From Octopus vulgaris (Eukaryota), in NCBI GenBank assembly GCA_951406725.2, contig OX597822.1, positions 89,404,001-89,468,000 of the forward strand: DNA of 64,000 nt, written 5' to 3'. Below the pieces are notes generated by a model. The model was not told where the DNA came from. It saw only the letters and a program-made list of their open reading frames with translations, and searched no databases. Positions 14,561 through 27,590 of the stretch are shown here, in pieces (position 1 is the stretch's first letter; each line of letters opens with the position of its first letter). Position numbers and translations under genes: made by a program.

Positions 14561-14566
14561 TTTATT
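14561..14566 (-). terminator. Polyadenylation signal AATAAA of ZNF gene A
   Basis: tttatt ~160 nt after the stop codon, in a context conserved at 27422-27427 and 45564-45569. Confidence 0.6.
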
Positions 14567-14726
14567 GAAAATATTACAGTTGTAAGACATTTCACCAAAA
14601 CATATAATTGAGTACTATATATACTGTTCAGAGGGGTTGTTAACCCACACATCTTATTTCTTCTGTCAATACATTTATTGTTATATATATATATATTTCA
14701 GAGAATGACTTTTGACATGGATAAGT

Positions 14727-16373
14727 TTAGTCTTTTGTAGGATTACATTTGTGTTTAACCAAAGAACATTTTTTCGAATAAGCTTTTCCACAGATATCAC
14801 AGTGATAAGGCTTCTCTCCTGTATGTACGCGTTTATGTTTAGTTAATGTACCACTTTCAGAGAATGATTTACCACAGATATCACAGTGATATGGCTTTTC
14901 TCCAGTATGTACGCGTTTGTGTTTAAATAAGTTAGCACTACGAGAGAATGATTTACCACAGACATCACAATGATATGGTTTTTCTCCTGTATGAATGCGT
15001 TTGTGTTGAGTTAAAGAACAATTTTTAGAAAAGGATTTACCACAGACATCACAGCAATACGGCTTCTCACCTGTATGAATGCGTTTGTGTTGAGTTAGGC
15101 TGCCAGTTTGTGGGAATGATTTACCACACACATCACAGTGATGTGGCTTCTCTCCTGTATGTAGACGTTTATGTTTAGTCAAAGTACTATTTACAGTGAA
15201 TGATTTATTACAGATATCACACTGAAATGGTTTTTCTCCTGTATGAATACGTTTATGAGTAGTTAATCCACATGTTTGTGGGAATGATTTACCACAGATA
15301 TCACAATGATAAGGCTTTTCTCCTGTATGAATGCGTTTATGAATCCCTATTTGACAATATAGAGAGAATGATTTACCACAGATATCACAATGATATGGTT
15401 TCTCTCCTGTATGAATGCGTTTGTGGTTAGTTAAGTAATCCTTGCGTGAGAATGATTTATCACAGATATCACAGTTGTATGGCTTCTGTCCTGTATGAAT
15501 ACGTTGGTGGTTTGTAAAAGAAATTCTATAAGAAAATGATTTACCACAGACAGTACAGCAATATGGCTTCTCTCCAGTATGAATACGTTTATGAGGAATT
15601 AAGTAACTACTTTGGGAGAAAGATTTACCACAAATATCACAACGATATGGTTTCCTTCCTGTGTGAACACGTTTATGAATGATTAACTGAGTACATGCAG
15701 AGAAAGATTTACCACAAATATCACACTGATATGGTCTCTCACCTGTATGAATGCGTTTGTGTTTAGTTAAATCAGTAGCTTGAGCAAATGATTTATCACA
15801 CACATCACAGTGATATGGCTTTTCACCTGTATGAACACGTTTGTGAATAGTTAAGTTAGCATTTGAGGAGAATAACTTTCCACAGATATTACAGCGATAA
15901 GGCTTCTCTCCTGTATGAATAACATTGTGCTTAGTTAAATTACTTCTTTGAGTAAATGATTTGTCACAGATATCACAATGATATGGTTTCACGCCAGTAT
16001 GAACTCGTATATGTTGCACCAAAGCCCCTTTTTCTGAGCATGAATAACCACAAGTATCACAGTGATATGGCTTCTCTCCTGTATGAATGCGTTTATGATT
16101 AGTTAAAGAACTATTTACAGAGAATGATTTACCACAGATCTCACAGCGATAAGGTTTCTCTCCTGTGTGAATACGTTTGTGTATAGCAACCTCATACTTT
16201 CGAAAGAATGACTTACCACAGATATCACAGTGATAGTATTTCTCTCTACTATTTGTACGTTTTCGAGTAGTTAGGTTACTTGTCCCTTTCAGTTTCAACT
16301 TCTCAGCAGGAAAATCAATCACCTTTGATTGTGCTTTGCATTTTTGCTGGTTCTCACATATTCCTTTCTCCAT
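14727..16373 (-). CDS. C2H2 zinc-finger protein A, 548 aa, 17 canonical fingers + terminal HKC finger
   Basis: Uninterrupted ORF of CxxC-x12-HxxxH units with TGEKPY linkers and a 45-aa leader. Confidence 0.95.
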   Translation of the reverse strand: MEKGICENQQKCKAQSKVIDFPAEKLKLKGTSNLTTRKRTNSREKYYHCDICGKSFFRKYEVAIHKRIHTGEKPYRCEICGKSFSVNSSLTNHKRIHTGEKPYHCDTCGYSCSEKGALVQHIRVHTGVKPYHCDICDKSFTQRSNLTKHNVIHTGEKPYRCNICGKLFSSNANLTIHKRVHTGEKPYHCDVCDKSFAQATDLTKHKRIHTGERPYQCDICGKSFSACTQLIIHKRVHTGRKPYRCDICGKSFSQSSYLIPHKRIHTGEKPYCCTVCGKSFSYRISFTNHQRIHTGQKPYNCDICDKSFSRKDYLTNHKRIHTGEKPYHCDICGKSFSLYCQIGIHKRIHTGEKPYHCDICGKSFPQTCGLTTHKRIHTGEKPFQCDICNKSFTVNSTLTKHKRLHTGEKPHHCDVCGKSFPQTGSLTQHKRIHTGEKPYCCDVCGKSFSKNCSLTQHKRIHTGEKPYHCDVCGKSFSRSANLFKHKRVHTGEKPYHCDICGKSFSESGTLTKHKRVHTGEKPYHCDICGKAYSKKCSLVKHKCNPTKD

Positions 16374-16969
16374 AATTCTTTGTATTTCACCACAATGTAC
16401 AAATGCTGTTCTGCTTTGTATTTTCTATTTTCTTGCAAAGAAATAATTCTACTGCTATATTTATGCTTCACAGTTTATGAAGAAGATGTAAACTTTTTAG
16501 GAAATTTTCCCGAAGATTATGAATTCATCAAGTAAACAGCTCAGACAATGAAGTAAACATAAGCTACTAATAAATGATGTGAAGAAATATTTCATCCTAA
16601 TTCACTACATATTTACATAAACAGTGTTATAATAGTTCTGCATAACATCTTTTTTGTGCCTTTAATAGAAGATAAAAACTGATGATACTTTTAAGGCACC
16701 CTCATCCAATATTCTGAAATAAAAATGATAAATACTGTATAAGATAGGAGAATATAAAGAAGAGGAGATTCAACAATGAAAATTTTACTACATTTCAATA
16801 TTAATAAACTGAAGATATAAATCTTTATCTGAACATCTGAACTAGTCCAATATATCCATCATCTTTCAGGATTGTAGGGGTTAATTTGAGGGAAAATTGG
16901 ATGCCATTTTAAAAGATCAAACAATAATATAAAGATTCCTCTACCTGCATCAAAGGATGTTTTATATTT

Positions 16970-17600
16970 TGTTACCAAACACTGTTCTTCATTACTCTGA
17001 AAGGGTTAAAGTTAGAGGACAGCACATCCAAGCTGACTGGTGGACCACTTAAAATCCCAAATTCCCAACCACCTGATTTGTTGACAACAATATATGTGGT
17101 CATTCATTATCATGGTGAATATAGGTCGTCTTCAGATTCTTGTTCTATTATGTCCTCTTAATGGAATCTCTAAGCTTTGCAAGTGTTTCTGTGTATTATT
17201 CACTTTTCATAGTTCAGCCATTTTCCAGAAAATCAACGAGAATGATACCCTTGTCAGCCCAAACAAGTCAACATGATTTCAATACTAATCAGTGGCTCTT
17301 GAACTTGCTAGGCTTTGGAGAAGACGTGTGATGCTATTCCATGGCCTAAGATTTTGTTTCTGGATCACAAGGATATGCCCAGTTTTCATTTTCTATTAGC
17401 AGATAAAACAAAAACCATATCATCATTGGCTTTAATCACATCCACCTTTCCATCCTTCAAATCAGGAGTCAACTGCTGTGTTACATACTTTACACATAGA
17501 TAGGGTATTGGAAACAATACTCAGACTTCCATCATCTTGTGCAATGCATTACGGCCATAGTCCAATTGTGTAACAAACTCACACATTGTGACTCATCTGT
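16970..17600 (-). mobile_element. Degenerate mariner in intron (ancestral; paralog at 29705-30330)
   Basis: Remnants of DENWAY, HHTSSP, HDN and SLDVxSSDF (YSPDLAPSDF-like) motifs; shared by genes A and B. Confidence 0.7.
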
Positions 17601-19082
17601 CCACATGAATCTGTAGATACAAGATGGTTTGCACCTTTCCTCTCTCAAGATTCAATGACAGCACATTGCTCCTGCTTGTAATCCATTATTTACCTATAAT
17701 GAAGAAGGTATGACCCTCATGCATGTACAAGTATGTATTTGCTTTAACACATGCACACCTCACTGTCCCATTACCTTCCGTCCTCCCAACTCCATGACTT
17801 CATCACTCAAAACTCTTTCTCTCAACCTCCATTAACTGTTCTCTCACTACAGGCCTTTCCACTGTTTCTCTATACCTCTCACCATACTCTCTTCCCATTG
17901 GTGATCCCTTCACTATATCTTCCTCTGGAATACTGTCATGGCATTATCACCCTGCTCTTCCTCTTCCCATACCCCTACCTCTATTGTACCCAATGTCTTT
18001 CCACGCTGCTCACATCACAAAATTTTACTCTATCTATCTATGTAGCTCTCTCCATTCCCCTTTTCCATAACACTTAAAATATGATAGTCCTTTACTATTC
18101 ACTGTTACCTTTCCACTCTATCCAACACCTTCCACAATAAACCATCACTAATCTTTATCCACCATCCCATTTCTTACCATACCCCCTTCCCCAATTACAG
18201 AGGACTCTACAACTGCATCACTCTCACCTCTATCACCCGTCTTTAATTATCATCTATGTCTTCTTTAATTTACCCTCCCTCATTCCCAGCCGAGAACCAC
18301 CACACACATAATAAAACAAATATAATTATTCCCATTATTTACCAATTCCACAATGGTTGTATATGTCAATCCAGTTCATGAAAAAAAAGAGGAGAGGTGA
18401 CAATACACGCCACGTCTAACACCTTTGTTAGAAGATTTTGACTTACCTGGAAGGGTCATTGGATTTTTATATAGGGACTTCACAGCAAACAGAATTGGTC
18501 ATTAATCTCAACCCCTGCAAATCTTCCACAACATATTCTCTGGCATGTGGTAAGATTCCATTGTAAGGTCTACGAAGCAACCATAGACTTCTTGAAAACC
18601 TGCAACTAAGTGAATATCCTGTTGGTTGTACTGTATCCAGGATGGAAACCACATTTACAAGTGAGAAATTTATTTTTTTAAAACGTATAATAATATGAAG
18701 AATCATGCAAAAAGGGTGGTTGCGAGATCTATGAGGAAGAAGACTGAGGAGAGGTTGAGTGGGTTTGATGAGAACCCAGATAGAGTGTTTAGGCTTATTA
18801 AATCAATGAAAAATGATGGAAGAGATGGTGAGGGAGGAAGTGTGAAAAACCTCATAAGAGAAAGAAAATCCACCAATTTTTTCACTTAAATATATTTATT
18901 TATATAGAGGGCATTACTATACATAAATGCCACATGCTAGGATGGCAAAATAGATTTGAAAAAGAAATCCACTTTCCCTTTGCAATTTTTGGCGCCAAAA
19001 TCAGGTAACTAATGCATTTCATTTTTGTGTGTGGGGAGAGAGAGAGAGAGAGAAAGAATGGTAGAGCAATATATTATATTTT

Positions 19083-19250
19083 CATCATCTGACGTCTGCT
19101 TTCTATGCTGGAATGGGTTGGACGGTTTTGACTGAGGACTGGCAAGCACCTGGCACCAATCTGTTCTAGCAAGGTTTCTACAGCTGGATGCCCTTCCTCA
19201 CGCCAACTACTCTGAGAGGGGCCAGTCAGGTGGTACTGGCATCGACCACC
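19083..19250 (-). mobile_element. RTE-tail non-autonomous repeat
   Basis: Contains cagctggatgcccttcct..cgccaac and a catcat tail; same family as 42700, 45675 and 59581. Confidence 0.75.
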
Positions 19251-20216
19251 CTCAAATGGTAATACTTGATTCCATGCAAAAAATCCGTGTATTTTTTTTT
19301 CTTACTGAAAATCGTGCAGGTATACTGCCTAATAGGGGTGTTTGGGACGAATTTCCGAGGGTTCCACCCCACCCCATTTTCCGGACCAAAAAAAAGGGTT
19401 TTGTGGCATATTACGAGGTCACTGTAATTCATTCAATGGGAAAGAAAAAAAAAATCCAATGATTCCGCGCCCCCACCACCTTTTTCAAACAAAAATAAGA
19501 GGTTTGTGGAGGTTTGTCAGGGTACTTGATTCCACGCAAAAAATTCGTGTCTTTTCTTTTTTTTTTAACTTAGTGAAAATCGTGCGGGTGAAAGTATTAA
19601 CCCAAACCCCAAAAAGTAGATTACCGCCCCTTGTTATCATCCGATATCTTTATTTATATTCTACGAGTGCCCGTTTCCGTTTTATTTTTTAGTATAAAAT
19701 ATTTGAAAATGGATGACTCTTTCTAATATTTTTCATACACCATTTATTTTGTCTATATTTTCCATTTACATAACTTTTTTAAAAATTGCATTTCATTTTC
19801 TTGGAGAGGTGCGTTTCTGAAGAAGCTCCTTTTGTCTTCATATTCGTTCAATACACATGTTTAAGGGTTAGAATTAGGATTAGGGTAACGCCGAAAACGG
19901 GTGGTGTGCGTATTCTTTACCTCCGCCTATGTATGTATTAAAATGAAGACGAATTAAAGTGGACTCTGGTGAATTTTCCGAAATTCCTCACCACACCCCC
20001 TCGTAAAACACTTTCCCCAAAAATTTTGTATATTCGGAATCTACAAGATATAACACATATTCGTAGAAAATTTCATTAAAAAATATCCATTTTTCTGAAA
20101 GTTATGAACATCCAAAGTCGGCGATGGAGCGGGGCAGAAATCTGTAGTTATGCCGGATATGATTCTAAAGTATATAGCACCCAAGGATATTTTCAAACAA
20201 ATATTTGTAAACTTAC

Positions 20217-20430
20217 CGTTTTCAACCTTCAGCAGCTAATTCGAAAGTTGTACTTCTTACCCAAACAAGCACAAGCATTTTTCGAACAAGACTGTCAACA
20301 GTTTCGTACGCTTAAATTTCGAACGTTAACCTTCTTACATCTTCTATCATCTTTAGCCACAGCTTCGTATCTTACGATAATGAAATGGTTTTAATGTCCT
20401 TAGCCGCAGTTTCGCTGTGAACTATATGCA
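20217..20430 (-). promoter_or_regulatory. Putative non-coding exon 1 / TSS region of ZNF gene A
   Basis: Locally CpG-richer block conserved with 33075-33300 (tttagccacagcttcgtatctt), ending in a GTAAGT donor. Confidence 0.6.
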
Positions 20431-20514
20431 TGTATATTTTGAGTCAGTTAATCAATCAGTCAATCGATCTTCTTGTCTATGTGTGTGTGCGTGTATGCAT
20501 TAATATATATATGA

Positions 20515-21110
20515 ATACGTTTTGGACTATCCCATTGAGGCTCCTTAGTCACATGGGGGTGTTCTGATCCCCAGATTCTCACATTGTGTCCGTTTAATTT
20601 CCCTGAAACATGAAAAGTCACTTAGTCGCTAAAAAACAAACTCACTTGAGTAATAATGCTTCATCGTCAGAAATGCGTTCCAGCATATTGAGTGCGAACT
20701 CTTTTTGTTTTGGCTCGAGCGTGTGTACAACCGTAAGTTCTTGTGGAGGACCTTGTGCACTGTTGAACGTGGTAGTTGTAACTGTCTGGCAGCAGTGCGG
20801 ATGGACTTTGTAGGAGAATAGGCTTTTGAAACACGATCCATGTTTTCATCAGATGTTCTTGGTCGCCTGCTCCTCCCTTTATCCAACACTGTCCCTGTCT
20901 CCATAATTCTCTTGTGCCATGCACGAATTGAAGGACGCGATGGTGGATCTCTTCCATACTTAGTTCTGTAGTTTCGTTGAGTCTGAACATCCGATTTTGA
21001 CTCAATAAACCAGGATACACATTGTGCCTTTTCATGAGGAGTAGCCTTTTTAAAGGGGTTCAGTGAATCAGTTCCCTTCCATCAACAGAATACCTGAAAG
21101 ACAAAAATCT
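20515..21110 (-). mobile_element. Tc1/mariner-superfamily transposase fragment (DUF4817-like HTH type)
   Basis: EKAQCVSWFIESKSDVQTQRNYRTKYGRDPPSRPSIRAWH...METGTVLDKGRSRRPRTS...SIRTAARQLQLPRSTVHKVLHKNLRLY...FHVSGKLNGHNVRIWGSEHPH, with frameshifts. Confidence 0.85.
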
Positions 21111-21524
21111 AATATCAATAAACACTTTAATAAACAATTATTAAAATAAAACAAATCTGTCCCATTTTTGACATGATCACTTCCAATGATGTCCAAGGAA
21201 GATAATAACACTCAGAAGTCAACGATAAAGGAGAATCCATTTCCACACTAGCATCACTCCTCACAAAAAAAAAAAAATATATGGTTTGTGTATGGTGGAA
21301 TACGAAGGGTGTCCTCTATCACAAAGCATTGAATCAAAGCAAAACTCATAATGCAGAGAAATATTGTCAATTGAAAGCAACACAAAATGTTTGCAGCAAA
21401 TGTTTCCATTGTTGGTCAGTCATAAAGGAGTGTTGCTCTCACATGATAAATCAACACAATATATTGTGTAAGTCATTCAGGAAGAGGTTATGGCACTAAA
21501 TATGGAAGTTTTGCCATATCCATC

Positions 21525-21838
21525 TGTGGTGTTGGCAGTCGGTGTTGTGGGATGTGACGAGCTATGTGGTGCTGGTGGAGAGGATGACAGATGAGGTGGG
21601 TGGAAGTAGGGCTTGCAGGGGCCGGCGGAAGACTGCAGGGTGAATGCGTGGCAGGAAGCGGAAGAGGTCTAGCAGGACGCACATGTGGTCATCGATGAAG
21701 GGTCAGTTCGAGCATAGACGAGGAAGCAACAGGATGCGTTGAATTCGTAAGAGACCTCTGATCTTCGCCGAGGTAAGGCCTTTTGTATTTCTTTCTCCTG
21801 TTGCTTCTTCTGTTGTCCTCTTCATCCATCACACTACA
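21525..21838. mobile_element. Solo LTR, 314 bp, TSD CCATC
   Basis: TGTGGTGT...ACACTACA termini; CCATC at 21520-21524 and 21839-21843. Confidence 0.85.
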
Positions 21839-21995
21839 CCATCCTTATTTTTCCTGACATTCATCCAGCTATCATCTTTTCAGGTCATTGCAACACTGTT
21901 TAGAGGGAAAAGACTTTATCGATTGTGAAGATGTTAAAAATTACAGTGTGTGTGTCTTTGTTTCAAAACCTGAAAATAGATTACATTTATACTAT

Positions 21996-22956
21996 TGTAG
22001 GGAAACGACCATACATAAGGAGTTGGTGACAGAAATGTCTCCTTTTTTAATGCCACATGGTCGCCCTAACAAAAGAAGATAGCCATGTACATGATATAAA
22101 TGAATAAGTGCCAAAAGGAATAATGAGGACAACAACCATTCTACTGTTTGAGAGAGAAGACTTTATTTACATTTGTGTACAATAAGATAAAGTATGGGTG
22201 CTAGCAAAGTGGAGTGTCTGCTTGCATGCAACAAGTGTTTGTGTCTGTGTGTGACAGAAGTACAAACAAGGTGTATGCGGGCAAAACAAAATACAGAGCA
22301 TAGAAAAGAGTCTCTCAGGGTATTTCAGGCACAATGCAGATGAATTTACCAGTTCGTAGTAAGGTTACACAATAGTTGTAGTCCTGTAACAGGATGTTGG
22401 AGTCACAAGTGCAGAATGCTGGTTGAACACGTCATGTAGCGGTTGGGGCTTCAATGCTGTGCCAAGTCTCTTGATACAGGAATTCTTGCAGGTAGTGCTG
22501 TGTTGTTAACCTGGGCGAATGTTGTTGTGTATGTATTACTGTTGGTGGAGATGGAGACGATATGAAGGTTGAGATGATGGCGTCGGCACTGCTGGAGCAG
22601 GAACATGGTTGGGTTGCTGGTCTGGTCATCGCTGGAACCTGGTTGAGTTGCTCTGTGGTCAGAGGTTAGTCCTGAGAAGGACTAGAACCTAAGACAAGAA
22701 ATAGTGATTTGCTGGCGCCTTTTATAACCTGGGGGTGGGCTCCAGTGAAACCCCAAAAAGACTGTGTCATGGGACCTTATCGGAAGCTTGTGATTGGTTG
22801 GTTTACACATTGGTGCGAAATAAGACTGCACCAAAACCAACCAATCAGAGTGGCAGACACAACAGGGTCCAAATAGCCAAAGATGGTTGCTATCTAACAC
22901 GAGATCATTTCTAATATCTCTCTCAAACAGTGAGGATATCACCTAGCTACGCTACA
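21996..22956. mobile_element. Solo LTR-like element, 961 bp, TSD CTAT
   Basis: TGTAG...CTACA termini; CTAT at 21992-21995 and 22957-22960. Confidence 0.75.
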
Positions 22957-23339
22957 CTATCAATGAAGGCAAAAACTTTTGCCATGATTTAACATTTCTG
23001 TCAGAGAGCGAGACATGTGTATTAAAGGTATTTACCACCATTATTGAAACGTGATAAGACGTTTTTCAATCCTTTTGTTTTTGCATATATGAGAGTTTAC
23101 ACACGCACACGCGCGCACACATATACACATAAGACACAAGTTAAAAGTTAGAGTCATCATATATAATTCCTTTGAGCAAATTTGGCTTACAGCTATTCAG
23201 ATTGTTAATCCCTCACTATTTGTTCTATACATATATATATACACACAATTCGATTAGAGGTTAAATTAGCCTCATTATGGGATGGTATCATCCAATGAAT
23301 TACCAGTTCAATACCTAAATGATGCCCTTGCCAGCTTAA

Positions 23340-25092
23340 TGTTGTCTGAATCTCAGTCTGGATTTCAGTGGATGAGATTTTTAGTCTTAGGCAGCTGCAG
23401 GAAAAGGCCCATGAGCACAACTGAGACCTTTTTGTCACTTTTGTAGATCTAACTAAAGCTTTCAACATCATATCTAGGGATACTCTTAGGGTTGTACTTA
23501 GAAAGCTAGATGTTCCTGAAAAGATGCTCAAGGTCATCATTTGTTTCCGTCGAGGGATAATGGCTTCTGTCAGATCTAGTGGGGAAGTGTCTGATTCATT
23601 CACAGTCTCAAATGGGACAAAACAAGGCTGTGTTCTTGCAGTGCTCTTATTTGATTTGTATTTCTCTGTCATGTTGGAAACAGCATTCAAGGGTGTTAAA
23701 GAAGGAGTAAAGTTTGAGTGCAGAACTAATGGTAGCTTGTTCAACCAACAGCACTTCAAAGCAAAGACGAAGACTTTGGTGCAAACAGTTTGAGATTTGC
23801 TCTTCGCAGATGATTGTGCACTTGTAGTACACACTCAAGGACATGCAATGGAGTCTAAACAACTTCTCGCATGCATCAAAAGCTTTTGGTCTGACCATGA
23901 GCATCAATAAAACTGAGTTTGCCCATCAGCCCATTCATGACCATCAACAATCTACCACAGAGGCCTTGTGGAAAAGGCTTTGTCCAACACTTCATGATCA
24001 CCTTTCTACCTGAAAAATTACCTTCAATTAAAAGTATGGGAGTTGAGCTATCAGACACAGGTCCAAAAACACCCTTTAAATTCTGATAGAATGATCTGGA
24101 GTCACATCTATCTACAGCACTCTGCAACTCTTGTGCCTTCTTTTGCCACCTTGTTGCCCCTACTGTATATGTTAATGGTAAAGCATTAAAATCTGTTTCC
24201 TCCTTCACTTATCTTGGTCCCACTGTGTCCAGTGATGCTAAGATGGATAAAGAAATTGAGTCCGGAATTGGGAAGGCTAGCTCTACTTTTGTTAAACTTT
24301 ATCACAACTTTGAAGCAGCAACAACATATTATTGAAGGTGAAAGCTGATGTATATAAGTCTTGACAACATTGCTTTATGGGGCTGAATTTTGAACTCTGT
24401 ATCAAAAACACATCAACCAGCTTGACGCTTTTCGTATGCGATGATTGCATACTATCTCCCACACAAAACTGAGCGATCATATTCATAACAGTAAGGTACT
24501 AATATAATGCAACTTGTAGGTATTGAAGCCATCCTCATCAAAATACAGCTTAGATGGTCAGGTCATCTTTCCCATATGAGTGATATCAGAATTCCAAAGC
24601 AACTTCTTTTTGGCCAATTCCCAACAGGAAGGTCACAGTTGGAAGGCTACTCTTACACTTCAAAGGCAAACTAAAGACAATCTAAAGAGATGCAACATTC
24701 TCTTTCCTTCCTAGGAAAACAAGGCATCAGAACACAGGACCTGGTGCTAGTCCTACTTCTCCTCAGTTCAAAGATTTGAGCAAAGTCAACTCCAGAATTG
24801 GGACCAACTTTATGCAAGCATGAAGGCATGCTGCCAAAATGTTGCTACCCTGAATGGAAACTCTACCTGTCACTCTGTTTTTGTGGCATGAAGCAAAGCA
24901 AGCCTTGTTGTCCACTCAAGAAAATACATAGTAAATGATCCACAAGCACTCAAGCAACTCAACTTGTTCCATTTGCCAAAGGTTTGCAAGGCACCAGCAG
25001 GTCTCAAGAGACACATTTGTGTCCATAGAAAATGATTAACACTTTATTTTACTGAACCCTCATTTGTCATTTATGACAAGAGAATCCATCAT
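23340..25092 (+). mobile_element. RTE/BovB-like LINE 3' half, degenerate, with internal inverted segment
   Basis: RQLQEKAHEH, FVDLTKAF, GTKQGCVLA, DLLFADDCAL, FTYLG and QLRWSGHL...RIPKQLLFG motifs. Confidence 0.9.
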
Positions 25093-25099
25093 ATATATA

Positions 25100-25644
25100 C
25101 GAGGGTGAGTCAAAAGGTAATGCCATTTTGTTTAGGACTGGTATAATTACCAACACAGGAACATGTATCATACATCAAAATGAAGCTGGTCCTCTTTAGA
25201 TCACATCCCTACTTCTCAACATATTCACTGTTTCTCTCAATAGCAATGGTTCACCTTTGAATGAGAGCATGTATCCTGCCCCGTAAAATTCTGTTGACTG
25301 TTCTTTGAGTCACTTCTTCACTACAGTTTTCACTTCCTTGTCACTAGAATGTTTGCCTCTCAAACCCTCTTTCAAGGGGCTGAAGAGATGATAGACCAGT
25401 GATGAGGAAGTGAAAACTGTAGTGAAGAAGTGGTTCAAAGAACAGTCAACAGAATTTTATGGGGCAGGGATACATGCTCTCATTCGAAGGTGGAACATTG
25501 CTATTGAGAGAAATGGTGACTATGTTGAGAAGCAGGGATGTGATCTACAGAGGACCAGCTTCATTTTGATGTATGATACATGATCCCGTGTTGGTAATTA
25601 TATCTGTTCTAAACAAAGTGGCATTACTTTTTGACTCACCCTCA
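25100..25644. mobile_element. Mariner-derived palindromic MITE made of two inverted 3' ends, TA-flanked
   Basis: cgagggtgagtcaaaa...tttttgactcaccctca with ~245-bp arms. The right arm encodes SDEEVKTVVKKWFKEQSTEFYGAGIHALIRRWNIAIERNGDYVEK (mariner C-terminus). Confidence 0.9.
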
Positions 25645-25718
25645 TATATATATATATATATATATATATGTAGAAGGTTGAAAAGGAACACACGAGTTGA
25701 TATATATGGACAAAAAAA

Positions 25719-26094
25719 GGCGCAGGAGTGGCTATGTGGTAAGTAGCTTGCTTAACAACCACATGGTTCCATGTTCAGTCCCACTGCGTGGCATCTTGGA
25801 CAAGTATCTTCTACTATAGCCTCGGGCCGACCAAAGCCTTGTGAGTGGATTTGGTAGACAGAAACTGAAAGAAGCCAATCATATATATGTATGTGTCTGT
25901 GTTTTTCCCCCTAGCATTGCTTGACAACTGATACTGGTGTGTTTATGTCCCCGTCACTTAGAGGTTCGGAAAAGAGACCTATAGAATAAGTACTAGGCTT
26001 ATAAAGAATAAGTCCCAGGGTCGATTTGCTCGACTAAAGGCGGTGCTCCAGCATGGCCACAGTTAAATGACTGAAACAAGTAAAAGAGAGAGAG
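25719..26094 (+). mobile_element. Full-length tRNA-derived SINE
   Basis: ggcgcaggagtggctatgtggtaag head with A/B boxes, internal microsatellite, and tail ggcggtgctccagcatggccacagttaaatgactgaaacaagtaaaagagag. Confidence 0.9.
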
Positions 26095-27590
26095 TATTCA
26101 AATACAAGGGGCATTTTCCTTGTTTCTACCTGTCTCTGTCTCTCTTGTTACTCTTGTGGGTTCAAGGCCGTTGTGAATTCTTGGCAGAGAAGGAGGAGGC
26201 ACTTCAAAATGCCTGGACAAAACCAATTTCTTCTGCCATTCATGGTCGTGAAGTGTAGAGATGTAATGATGTATAGGGACACCCACAATAAGCATGTCAG
26301 ATATACAGGTATAACCACAAGGATGGAAGTGGGTAGCCAACACCACAGTTGTACAGAGTGGCAGGGTCTCAGTTCTTCCCATAATGGAAGAAAGCAGAAA
26401 TGAAGGAAAGGAGGCTATGATCCAAGCAACAGTACAGGACCAGGAGGAAGAAAGGTCAAGAGCTGATTGGCTAGTACCCCTGGAGTTCCAAAGAGGTCAC
26501 ATGGACTGACCTGTGAAGATTAGAACCTTTCTGCACCTCCTTTCTACAGCAGGCAGTGTATTGGCACTCCCAATACTAACAAACTTGCACAGAAGGAGAA
26601 TGAGAGATCAGCTGTATAGATATTGTGGAGTGGGCAGGACCATGGCACATGTCAGGATGCAAAACAGCAATACTGCAAGGAAGATATGGCAGGGTACTTG
26701 CAATAATTCCTCACAGCATGAAACAGGAAAGATGCAACAAAACCAACATCAGGGAAAACAGCACCAGTAATCAAGCTTGTGAAGGAAGGAGAAAAGCTAG
26801 TAAGAACAGCAAAATGGACAAGCAGTTAACTACATGGGGCCCAGTCAGAGGATATAAAAGTAGAACTGGGAGGAAAGATTGCAGCTTGCCTGGATCAGCC
26901 AGACAACCCTGAAGCCACATGTAGCTTTGTAGTCTGAAAAGAAAATGAAAATAAGCATACAGTCCTGTGGAAAGCAGGTTGCAGTCAAGCTTTTGAATGG
27001 GATAAAGTCAACATCAGAAACTTCTGCAGAATTACAGGGAAAAGGGATGGCAATCATGACTATTTCTGGTTGAGGTTGATTATAGGCAATGGAGTGAGAG
27101 GAAAGGAGTAAAAGGTAGCTGTGAACAGGATGGGAGAGGCAGTTGGTTATGAATTCAAGAGCAAGGAGTCAAGCTAGAAGCCAGGAGGAGATGGTGCATG
27201 GTGGATTGGCCACATCTGCAGACCCACAATCAGGAGGGGGTTATGGTTCAGGGTTAAAACACCTAATAACCATTGGATACTGTATGATGACATCAGTTCC
27301 TCCTGGTCAAAGCTGCCTTCATCAAAGGTAAATAAAAATGAGGCATCTTCTTTTAGATGTACACAATAACATTCCTTCCAGAAATCAGTTACAATATACA
27401 CAAGTCCACAGAAATAATGTTTTTATTGAAAATATTACAGTTATAAGACATTTCACCAAGACACATCTGAGTACTATATATACTGTTCAGAGGTTGCTAT
27501 CTCATACATCTTATGTCTTCTGTCAATACATTCACTCTCTCTCTCTCTGTTTTTTTTTTTTTCAGAGGATGTCTTTTGACATGAATAATT

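Larger units (their letters stand above)
16714..20216 (-). other. Inferred 5'-UTR intron of ZNF gene A
   Basis: Acceptor atttcag|aatatt at 16714 is conserved at 29469, 48335 and 63716. Donor CG|GTAAGT at 20211-20218 is conserved at 33069 and 3243. Confidence 0.7.
21280..23080 (+). mobile_element. Degenerate mariner split by two solo LTRs
   Basis: MVCVWWNTKGVLYHKAL, GVLLSHD and YHLFRSLQHCLEGKDF motifs. Confidence 0.75.

Noticed and set aside
14727-16240. 84-bp periodic repeat with variable inserts, superficially CRISPR-like
   Set aside because: It is the C2H2 finger/TGEKPY linker coding periodicity in a eukaryotic gene; there are no cas genes.
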